Assembly: GCA_964449585.1 (NCBI GenBank)
Contig: CAYUZE010000002.1
Span: forward strand, 116,833-180,832
From: an uncultured Gammaproteobacteria bacterium
Lineage (GTDB): Bacteria > Patescibacteriota > Microgenomatia > UBA10105 > UBA927
DNA: 64,000 nucleotides
Direction of reading: 5' to 3'
A program made the position numbers and the translations under genes. The notes beneath the pieces are model-generated. The model had not been told where the DNA came from, made no database searches, and saw only the letters and a list, made by a program, of their open reading frames with translations. Shown here in pieces: positions 30,621 to 38,001 of the stretch (its first letter is position 1; every line of letters begins with the position of its first letter).

Positions 30621-31256
30621 TTAGTGCCAGGGGTATTCTGGACACAAGTCCCCAAGCGGACAGTCGGAGCAATCATGCGGGCGTGCAGTACAGATATGAC
30701 GTCCGTGAAGGGTGATAAGATGCCCGAAATCGATCCAGTATTCACGCGGTAACATCGCCATGAGTTCCGCTTCGATCTTTACGGGATCTTTCGATGTCGT
30801 CAGTCCCAGTTTGTTCGTGAGCCGAATCCCATGGGTATCGATAACAATCCCTTCCGCAATACCGAATGCGCTTCCTAATATGACGTTTGCGGTCTTTCGG
30901 GCAACACCGGGGAGGGCATCCAGTTCTTCCATGGTTTTGGGCATGACGCCGCCGTATTTTTCAACGAGCATTTCTGAAGCCGCTTTGATGTTTTTTGCCT
31001 TATTGGCGTGGAAGTTTATTTTGATCGTGAGCCTGTCGATGTCGGAGACTTCCGCTTTTGCCATCGCCTGCGGGGTGGGGTATTTGGCAAACAGTGCGGG
31101 GGTCACCTGATTTACCAGTTTGTCGGTACATTGTGCCGAGAGAATGGTGGCTACCAGAAGCTCAAACGGATTTTTGAAATCCAGTTCGATTTTGGGATCG
31201 GGCATGAATTTCTTCAGCCGTTTGTATATTTCGAGCGCTTTTTCCTGTTTTGTCAT
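30621..31256 (-). CDS. nth: endonuclease III (HhH-GPD DNA glycosylase with 4Fe-4S cluster)
   Basis: HhH-GPD motif and C-terminal CTARPHDCSDCPLGDLC cluster ligands. Confidence 0.9.
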   Translation of the reverse strand: MTKQEKALEIYKRLKKFMPDPKIELDFKNPFELLVATILSAQCTDKLVNQVTPALFAKYPTPQAMAKAEVSDIDRLTIKINFHANKAKNIKAASEMLVEKYGGVMPKTMEELDALPGVARKTANVILGSAFGIAEGIVIDTHGIRLTNKLGLTTSKDPVKIEAELMAMLPREYWIDFGHLITLHGRHICTARPHDCSDCPLGDLCPEYPWH

Positions 31257-31289
31257 AGGGTGACAGATATCACTGTACCATATCGGCGG

Positions 31290-32546
31290 TTAGGGGTATA
31301 TCTGACGGAGTAACGCGGATTTTTTGGCGCTTTGGAGATCAAAAAGAGGTTGCCATCTGTTTCGCTTCATTGGCCCATGGGTCATGTCAAAAAGAATTTC
31401 CTCATCCATATTTTCTCCCGTTCCTTTCGGATGCAACATGAGTCCGGCGGTAAATGTAAGAAATGCGGTACAGGGTGTTTCTTTTTTCCATAGAACGAGG
31501 AGGTTCTCTAGTCCCATTGCGGTATTGACCGATCGGTCATACGGATACATTGTATAGCCGTTGCCGTTTTCGACACCGAGCTGAAGGGTCTGTTTGTCGC
31601 CGTACTCGTAGAGTTCTCCCAGGATACAACCGCCGTCCGGTGACCAGTGCATAGTGCCGGGCATGGATGGGTAATTTTGCGTCTCCAGCGGAGTGGCGGT
31701 GGCGATATTTATCGCATGGGTGCGACCTCCCTCGTACCCCTGTTCCTCAATAAACAGGTATTTCTTATCAGGGGAAACAACGGGATTTCCAAAATCGCCT
31801 ATGGTTACCGTTCCCGCATTCAATCGGATACCGGTTGTTTGGGCGACCCGAGTAAGGAGTTTGTCGCGGATGATGAAAAGGGTTGGGTAATTGCCGCCGT
31901 TTTCCCAAAGGGTAGTTTCAAGGATGAATATTTTATCATCAAGTTGCCAAATGCGCGTCGGTTTGCCGGGAATCGGGATGCGGAGTGAAGGAAGCGTACG
32001 TGCTTCCAGTATTGCCGGGGTTGGAGTAGGCATGACGCGTGGAGCAATTTTTCTGCCGTAGGCATGGTTAAGATAACCGATCCCTTGGGTTGAGGCAAAA
32101 AGCACGAGGAGCGAGAGTAATATGCCCTGTATCACCAAAGGGCGAATACGCTTTGTGTCACCGGAAAGTTTGAGAAGGGAAAAAAGTCGGAGCATCGTGA
32201 TAAAGAGTTTCAAGAAAAGCAGACCCATAGTGATGATATAGGTAGGGTAGGCAAGCAACCCCGTCAATAACATGACCGCGACAGTGAGTGCAAAAAAATA
32301 TCCCGTAAGTTTCCTTGTATCGGTTGTCTTATGCACCGGGAGAAAGAGCATAACACTACCGATCAGGCTTACGAGGATTCCTGCGAGTTGATTGACCCGC
32401 AGGGAATTTTCATACCAAAAAAGCACGAGACCGAAACCCGACAAAAAAAACAGTACCCCGCCGTAGAGGGAACAAATACCATGAATACTGCGATAAAGCA
32501 GCGTGAATGGTGTATGTTTTTTGGAGGTATTTGCCCGCTTTTTCAT
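31290..32546 (-). CDS. hypothetical polytopic membrane protein with a large extracytoplasmic C-terminal domain
   Basis: 418 aa; several N-terminal TM helices, then a ~250-aa soluble domain; no family assignment. Confidence 0.55.
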   Translation of the reverse strand: MKKRANTSKKHTPFTLLYRSIHGICSLYGGVLFFLSGFGLVLFWYENSLRVNQLAGILVSLIGSVMLFLPVHKTTDTRKLTGYFFALTVAVMLLTGLLAYPTYIITMGLLFLKLFITMLRLFSLLKLSGDTKRIRPLVIQGILLSLLVLFASTQGIGYLNHAYGRKIAPRVMPTPTPAILEARTLPSLRIPIPGKPTRIWQLDDKIFILETTLWENGGNYPTLFIIRDKLLTRVAQTTGIRLNAGTVTIGDFGNPVVSPDKKYLFIEEQGYEGGRTHAINIATATPLETQNYPSMPGTMHWSPDGGCILGELYEYGDKQTLQLGVENGNGYTMYPYDRSVNTAMGLENLLVLWKKETPCTAFLTFTAGLMLHPKGTGENMDEEILFDMTHGPMKRNRWQPLFDLQSAKKSALLRQIYP

Positions 32547-32547
32547 A

Positions 32548-32949
32548 TCAGGAATTCGTCATAAATCCGAAGAAACCGAAAAGCACGCTGACAAGACTGA
32601 TGAACGCGACGGTAATAAATATGACGAAAAGAACGGTGCGAAGCGTCCGTTGCTGTACTGCAAGCACCGTGCGATCGAGATAGTACGTCCCCTGCGGCGT
32701 TCTTTTTATAAAGGTATAGCGTTCGAGCGGAACCTCAAGAAATTCCGGTGCTTCAAGAATTTCCTTGAGTTTGTCGACCGGCACAGGTATTGCGGTTGCG
32801 GGAGAAACGGCGCCGGCGGAAGTAAAGTACTCTGCAACCTGTTCTTCGGTACGTGCGGCAAACAGTACGGCGGGATTGACGGCATTCATAGCTGTTGCAC
32901 CAATCATAGCATGGCGCATTGGACGATGTCTCTGTGTGATGAGACGCAT
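32548..32949 (-). CDS. hypothetical protein with a C-terminal TM anchor
   Basis: 133 aa; its stop lies 1 nt before the start of the downstream membrane gene (TGAtATG), suggesting an operon. Confidence 0.45.
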   Translation of the reverse strand: MRLITQRHRPMRHAMIGATAMNAVNPAVLFAARTEEQVAEYFTSAGAVSPATAIPVPVDKLKEILEAPEFLEVPLERYTFIKRTPQGTYYLDRTVLAVQQRTLRTVLFVIFITVAFISLVSVLFGFFGFMTNS

Positions 32950-33004
32950 GGATGTGCTCCGTTCCTTTGCATCAGAAGCCGATTTTGGCTATAATACCTC
33001 CTCT

Positions 33005-33427
33005 ATGTTGCAAAAAGAAAATTCGGCACAAGTGCTTGCCCAAGTTCACGGAGGATTGTATGTGGTGCGCGAAAATTCGGTAACCAACGACCTCTTGCGT
33101 CCCGCTCGACGTTTGCCCTTTGGAGATGTCACGATTTCCACCGATCCCGGAAGGGGGCTTGATGTTCCGCGTCTCAGGATAAAAGTGAATGCCGATTGGT
33201 CGATGACCGTTGATACCCAGGGTTCACGTCGTGGCCTGGGCATCGTTTCGTTTCCCGTGCTTCGTGCACGCAGAGGCGAAGTTCTCACACTTGGAGATGA
33301 AAGTCCTCTTGTGGATTTCACGATAAAGCCTACGGAAGATGAGGATATGGCGGTACTTATCAATCCCAGGAGTCTCGATGGTCTGCATCGGACACGGATT
33401 GTATTCGTCGCTCCGAAGCTCGAGTAG
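33005..33427 (+). CDS. hypothetical protein
   Basis: 140 aa; TATAAT at 32990..32995 lies 9 nt upstream; the ORF-track extension back to 32765 would overlap the divergent gene and was trimmed. Confidence 0.45.
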   Translation: MLQKENSAQVLAQVHGGLYVVRENSVTNDLLRPARRLPFGDVTISTDPGRGLDVPRLRIKVNADWSMTVDTQGSRRGLGIVSFPVLRARRGEVLTLGDESPLVDFTIKPTEDEDMAVLINPRSLDGLHRTRIVFVAPKLE

Positions 33428-34225
33428 ATGTTATTGTCGTATTTCCTCGACAAACCGGATTTCCTTTACTACACTACGGCTATGGGAGAGGGGACACCGC
33501 GGAACGAACTACCAAAGCGACGGATTGCCGATGATCGATTTATCCCTGCGTCTGTTGCGGAACTTCGGGAGGAATTGGGAAAAGCGGGCATGTTAACGAA
33601 ACGCGAATATGCGACGGGAAAGAAGATCCTCCTTTACCCCGATGAATTATTGGCAAGACTTGTGGATGAAGCGGCAAAAGGACTCCGAACGTTTTACCGC
33701 ACCCGTTATGACGGCCAGCATCGGACGGTGATCGAATCGGGTATGAACACATTTCGCGGAAAGATTTATCACAAGGTGCCTGCGGGAGAGCAATATCTTG
33801 TACAGTGTGCAGGTAACGTTCCTGTGGATCACTTGGACACTCTTGGACGAATCGATCCTTCGCATTTACCCACGGGATTTATTTTGAAACGTGATAGTTC
33901 AACCTCGGGAAAGCTTCTCGTAGACGGCAGTGAAGATCCCCTTGCGGCGCTGTTTGCCGAGACCAGCAGACAACTCGGCGTTCAATCCGCTGATTTTCGC
34001 ATGCGTGGCGTACCAAAGCGGGAATATGAAGAGAAACACAGTTTTCTGTTTCCCAAATTGCTCACCCGCTTTACCAACATCACCTACTTTTTGGAAATGC
34101 TGGCATCAGGGTTTAAAGAGCAATATGTGATGAAAGAGAAACCGAAGATGAAAGAAGGAACGGAAGTATGCTCAGTTACTGTTTCAACTTGGATGCCCGC
34201 AGAAAACAAATTGGTGCGCAAATGA
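33428..34225 (+). CDS. hypothetical protein
   Basis: 265 aa ORF contiguous with the previous gene (stop-start abutting); an alternative start lies at 33482. Confidence 0.5.
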   Translation: MLLSYFLDKPDFLYYTTAMGEGTPRNELPKRRIADDRFIPASVAELREELGKAGMLTKREYATGKKILLYPDELLARLVDEAAKGLRTFYRTRYDGQHRTVIESGMNTFRGKIYHKVPAGEQYLVQCAGNVPVDHLDTLGRIDPSHLPTGFILKRDSSTSGKLLVDGSEDPLAALFAETSRQLGVQSADFRMRGVPKREYEEKHSFLFPKLLTRFTNITYFLEMLASGFKEQYVMKEKPKMKEGTEVCSVTVSTWMPAENKLVRK

Positions 34226-34364
34226 AGTAAAGCTAGTTTTGGATAACGAAATGAACGATAACTATCGGTAAATGGAGAACGAATATGTGAAGCAAGCCTC
34301 AGGATGACTGCCAATTAATATGATGTATGCATTACTTATGGATAGAAGTGAGTGACATAGCATA

Positions 34365-34772
34365 TTAAGTTTTTTTATCCTCTCTGTGACTTCTCTGATG
34401 GACTCTATGTTGTAACTCCTCTAAACCATGGATACTGTCACCTGCCATTTCTGTGACAGAATCAGTAGGTGTCGGAAATATAACGGGAACCATATGTTGG
34501 TTAAATCCTCTTCGGAAAAATGATAAGTCCGTTGCCCGCACTACTTCGTGTGCATTTACCTTTATGATTTGTTTTCCTTTAGGTCGTTTTGGGTCTCTAC
34601 ATATTGCATCCTCACCCTGGAATTCGATCAACTCCAGAGTATATCTATGCGTTGGGGATACGACAACTTCGCCCGGGACAAGAGGGTCTCTTGCGCGGAC
34701 GCTTCGTGCGTTTTCAAACGCCACTTCCCAATCACGTTTATTTATTTCGTGATCTATGTCTTTACGCGGCAT
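34365..34772 (-). CDS. hypothetical protein (inside the compositionally atypical islet)
   Basis: 135 aa ORF; lower GC than its surroundings. Confidence 0.4.
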   Translation of the reverse strand: MPRKDIDHEINKRDWEVAFENARSVRARDPLVPGEVVVSPTHRYTLELIEFQGEDAICRDPKRPKGKQIIKVNAHEVVRATDLSFFRRGFNQHMVPVIFPTPTDSVTEMAGDSIHGLEELQHRVHQRSHREDKKT

Positions 34773-35401
34773 GTTAAGGTCGGTGAAATATTGTATCAGT
34801 GAGCCCGATATTGCTTATTTTGAACTGTTAATACAAGAATATCATAGCCTATTTCAGGAGTTACGCCAATTCATTACCCCTTGTATCCTTTGATATTCAT
34901 TAAATAATTTGATAGCTCTGGTGTAGCACAGAGCCGCCAATAGTATCTAAAATATACCCCCTATTGCTTAAAACGTGCATGGTCAAAATAGAACACAGAT
35001 GAAACTTTCTGGGGACTTCACTAAAGACAATCATTATTATCTCTATAGAATGTGGAAGTATTTCAGAGCAATGGTGGAGAGGATTAGTGCAGTGGTCTCC
35101 TTCAATACAGCCAGCGCCCAGAGACCAATACTCTTGGATAGGTGCTTAAGCTGTTTGATCCTCTTGCTTTTCATATTCTTAGTTTACAGGCGTTCAGCGC
35201 TTTATATGGCTATCAATCCTTCTATACTAATTTTAGCTGTGATTAGAGGTTTATGTCCGATAATTACAACTTTGATACCAAAACTATTGGAAGGCAAGTG
35301 CCTCCAAACCATAAAAAAAAGACCCCAGTGTCCACGAGTCTTTCGCGGATCTGTAGGCCAGATTGATTACGGCGTTCTACTCTTTATATTATACCACGCA
35401 C

Positions 35402-35701
35402 TTACCACCACTTAAACCATTGTCTCAGAATATCTATAGCGGGAATTATCTGGGTTGCGGCCAGGATTAATCCCACAATGGCAAGCCAAAACATTTTCCA
35501 GCCAAGAGCTTCATTCTTTTTATCTGAATCTTTAATGGTAGAGATCAAACTTTCTAGGGAATTATTCACAAATGTTAATAGTGTTTTTTGATCCACTTCC
35601 ATTTGTGCTAAATGCTTAGTTTGCTGGTTCTGAGCAAGTTTTACGCCATGAGTCGCTAACGCAGGCGCACTTCTAGTTTTAATATCATCGTATTCTTTCA
35701 T
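35402..35701 (-). CDS. hypothetical small protein with a C-terminal TM helix (inside the AT-rich islet)
   Basis: 99 aa; hydrophobic C-terminus WKMFWLAIVGLILAATQIIPAI; AT-rich codon usage unlike the core genes. Confidence 0.35.
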   Translation of the reverse strand: MKEYDDIKTRSAPALATHGVKLAQNQQTKHLAQMEVDQKTLLTFVNNSLESLISTIKDSDKKNEALGWKMFWLAIVGLILAATQIIPAIDILRQWFKWW

Positions 35702-35813
35702 GCCCTCATTATACGCTTCTTGGCAATATGAATAATTTATTTGACAAATATATGGTTAATGAAAAGAAATATAGATTATCGACGAGTAGAGTTCTTGAAG
35801 GTAATTACAAAAT

Positions 35814-35828
35814 GTGAGCCCGCTGGGA
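35814..35828. repeat. 15-nt direct repeat GTGAGCCCGCTGGGA, identical to the 3' end of tRNA-Lys (35968..35982); att-like
   Basis: Exact 15/15 match to the T-stem 3' half, acceptor 3' strand, discriminator and first C of the tRNA, 140 bp from the tRNA. Confidence 0.4.
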
Positions 35829-35930
35829 AGACGAGCTTGCTCGCCCCGCTAAGCGGGACTGCGCTTCCTCGTACTGCTCGCTCGTGCTCGCATGCGAACC
35901 CTCTGTGTTCGGCACCCGAACGGACTTATA

Positions 35931-35962
35931 CAAAAAAACCTCCCATTGGGGAGGCATTTTTG
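35931..35962. terminator. bidirectional rho-independent terminator (A7-CCTCCC-auug-GGGAGG-CAT5)
   Basis: 6-bp GC-rich stem flanked by an A-run and a T-run; lies immediately 3' of tRNA-Lys on the minus strand. Confidence 0.6.
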
Positions 35963-35965
35963 TAT

Positions 35966-36040
35966 TGGTGAGCCCGCTGGGATTCGAACCCAGAACCAAT
36001 AGCTTAAAAGGCTACTGCTCTACCGTTGAGCTACAGGCCC
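35966..36040 (-). tRNA. tRNA-Lys (anticodon UUU), with CCA encoded
   Basis: GGGCCUGUAGCUCAACGGUAGAGCAGUAGCCUUUUAAGCUAUUGGUUCUGGGUUCGAAUCCCAGCGGGCUCACCA. Confidence 0.85.
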
Positions 36041-36249
36041 CATTCTTGGAAAGAAACCCATTGGTTTCTTTTCCACCTTTCTTCCTTAGGTTGTGTTGCG
36101 GCTATTCAATCGCAACCTCACGCCGCAACAATGATACCCTGAAAAGAACGGACGGAACTGGCTTATACGGATCGAAACCAGACCGTCAGCCATAATTATA
36201 GCAAAAAATAGTTGTAGAGAGTACTCCTTGCCTGTTTACCTTTGTAATC

Positions 36250-36528
36250 ATGCGACATACCATGAAAGCAATGTCAGTAGAACGTGGAATTACCTTTGTG
36301 CGAAAGGTTATCCATCTGCCTCCCGAAGGCAGATCGGAAGCGCATCGGCACATCATTCTTTGGAAAGACGGGGGACAGGCGAATGAGGACTTTCAGGGTG
36401 CATTTTCCTACATCTGGAGCGACGGCGGATGGGTGTTGGCGGAGCCAAAGGAACAGGAACTGTGCCGTGGGATTGTTTCTGAATCTGAAAAAAAACGCGG
36501 ATCATTCTGGTCCCGTGCGCGGAGGTAG
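36250..36528 (+). CDS. hypothetical small protein (weak call)
   Basis: 92 aa ORF in a 500-nt gap; overlaps a second frame (36284..36592); no RBS or homology support. Confidence 0.2.
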   Translation: MRHTMKAMSVERGITFVRKVIHLPPEGRSEAHRHIILWKDGGQANEDFQGAFSYIWSDGGWVLAEPKEQELCRGIVSESEKKRGSFWSRARR

Positions 36529-36535
36529 CGAAGTG

Positions 36536-37135
36536 TTACGGACACGAGAGCGTAAATTCGGCTTTGTTGCCGAGTCCCGAGCCGGGGCTTAATATTTCGA
36601 TCCGTTGCCATCCCGCTTCGTTGGTTCCCGATGCGATTGGTCCCCGCGTCCATTCTGTCGTCACCGTCTGCATGCCCGCCTCAGTGAAGGTAATCGATTG
36701 TTCGGGGGAGATGGCGTTATCGCTTCGAAGCCATTTATACTTGACCGTCGCCGTGCCGTTGGTATAAATCTTTGCCGAAAAGACGTATTTTTGGGTGCAG
36801 GTGTTACTGGTTGTGGGTGTCACGCTTGCTTCAATATTCACTACTCCGGGAGTAGGCGTCGGTGACGGGGTAGGCGTGATGGTCGCGGTCGGAGCCGGTG
36901 TTTTCGTCGGTGTGGGCGATGCGGATCTGGTGGGAGTGATACTTCTCGTGGGTGTTGCCGTCGGCGCTTCTGTACTATACGGCGTCGGTGCACTGGTAAT
37001 TTCCGGACTCGGTGTCGGCGTCGGAGTGGGAGCGGTGCCGGCGCTCTTCATGCCAACTGCAAAGAAAATGCCGCCGATCAGGAGAAATACTCCAAGAACG
37101 CCTGCCGCAATAAGGATAAGTTGTTTGTTACTCAT
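36536..37135 (-). CDS. membrane-anchored protein with a Pro/Thr-rich linker and a C-terminal globular domain
   Basis: 199 aa; N-terminal TM anchor; (TPTP)n low-complexity linker; ~90-aa C-terminal domain. Confidence 0.55.
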   Translation of the reverse strand: MSNKQLILIAAGVLGVFLLIGGIFFAVGMKSAGTAPTPTPTPSPEITSAPTPYSTEAPTATPTRSITPTRSASPTPTKTPAPTATITPTPSPTPTPGVVNIEASVTPTTSNTCTQKYVFSAKIYTNGTATVKYKWLRSDNAISPEQSITFTEAGMQTVTTEWTRGPIASGTNEAGWQRIEILSPGSGLGNKAEFTLSCP

Positions 37136-37155
37136 AGAAGTACGCCGTATTATAC

Positions 37156-37992
37156 CTACTTGAGGCGGATTCCGGCAACACTCAAGACCTGACGGATACG
37201 GGGGAGGGCTTGTATCGTCGCGTCGTATCCTTTTTGGATAATCGCTTCTCCGTGCAGAAATTCCGCAAGGTTTATGGAAGATATCTCGGCAACATCAGGC
37301 GTGATCGTCACATCGGCTTCTTCACACAATTTTTTCGCCAAGTTATAGCGAAGCATATGAAGCGCTGCCAGTCCCATGTCCGCTACCGTCGGAAGTTTAA
37401 CTCTCAGCGCATCTTCCCGGATGAAGCGATAGGTATCCAAATTAACAGCAATGACATGCGTTGCACCCAAATTCCTTGCTATCGATACGGGCACGGGATT
37501 GGAGCCCCCGCCGTCGATAAGATACGTTTTGCCGATATAGGCGGCATCGACAAGTGCAGGGATTGAACTGCTGGCGCGGATGGCTTTGATGAGGTTGCCG
37601 CGGGTTATGGTGACCGCTTCACCTGTTTTCATATCGGTCGCCACCGCTGCAAAAGGCAGGGACAGGTGTTCGATGTTCTTCCTGCCCAATAATTTGGTCA
37701 AATGTCGTTCCATTTTGATGCCCTTGATGATTCCCGACCGGGAACCGAAATCGGCAAAGGCGGCGATGATGTCTTTGTATGTTAGGGATTTGGCGATATG
37801 TTCCACCTTGGTAATTGACCCTAGCGCCAAATACATACCCCCGATAAGTGATCCGGCGCTTGCGCCCGTGATGATATGGATCGGGACATGGTATTCAAGA
37901 AGCGCTTTGATGACGCCGATATGGGCAAGTCCCCGGGGGCCGCCGCTGCCTAGGGCAAGGCCGATTTTGGGAGCAGGTTTCTTTTGTTTCAT
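37156..37992 (-). CDS. patatin-like phospholipase
   Basis: GxGxxG oxyanion motif (GSGGPRG), GASAG(S) nucleophile elbow, DGG catalytic Asp motif. Confidence 0.8.
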   Translation of the reverse strand: MKQKKPAPKIGLALGSGGPRGLAHIGVIKALLEYHVPIHIITGASAGSLIGGMYLALGSITKVEHIAKSLTYKDIIAAFADFGSRSGIIKGIKMERHLTKLLGRKNIEHLSLPFAAVATDMKTGEAVTITRGNLIKAIRASSSIPALVDAAYIGKTYLIDGGGSNPVPVSIARNLGATHVIAVNLDTYRFIREDALRVKLPTVADMGLAALHMLRYNLAKKLCEEADVTITPDVAEISSINLAEFLHGEAIIQKGYDATIQALPRIRQVLSVAGIRLK

Positions 37993-38001
37993 ACGGACCT
38001 A

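Noticed and set aside
32765-33004. N-terminal 80 codons of the 220-aa plus-strand ORF 32765..33427
   Set aside because: This part overlaps the divergent gene 32548..32949, which is tightly coupled to its downstream operon partner. A TATAAT box and ATG at 33005 give a non-overlapping 140-aa product.
34975-35415. 146-aa plus-strand ORF inside the AT-rich islet
   Set aside because: No start-codon context, odd composition, and it overlaps the start of the opposite-strand ORF 35402..35701. It could be a decayed gene of the putative integrated element, but is not supportable as a CDS.
35814-35982. The 140-bp segment between the two 15-mer copies considered as the integrated element itself
   Set aside because: It is too short to be an element, and it contains only the tRNA terminator. 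The compositionally atypical DNA lies beyond the distal repeat, so I interpret the arrangement as a remnant or tandem att-site array rather than a discrete 140-bp insertion. The 15-mer match itself could be chance (expectation about 1-2 per 64 kb), which is stated in the finding.
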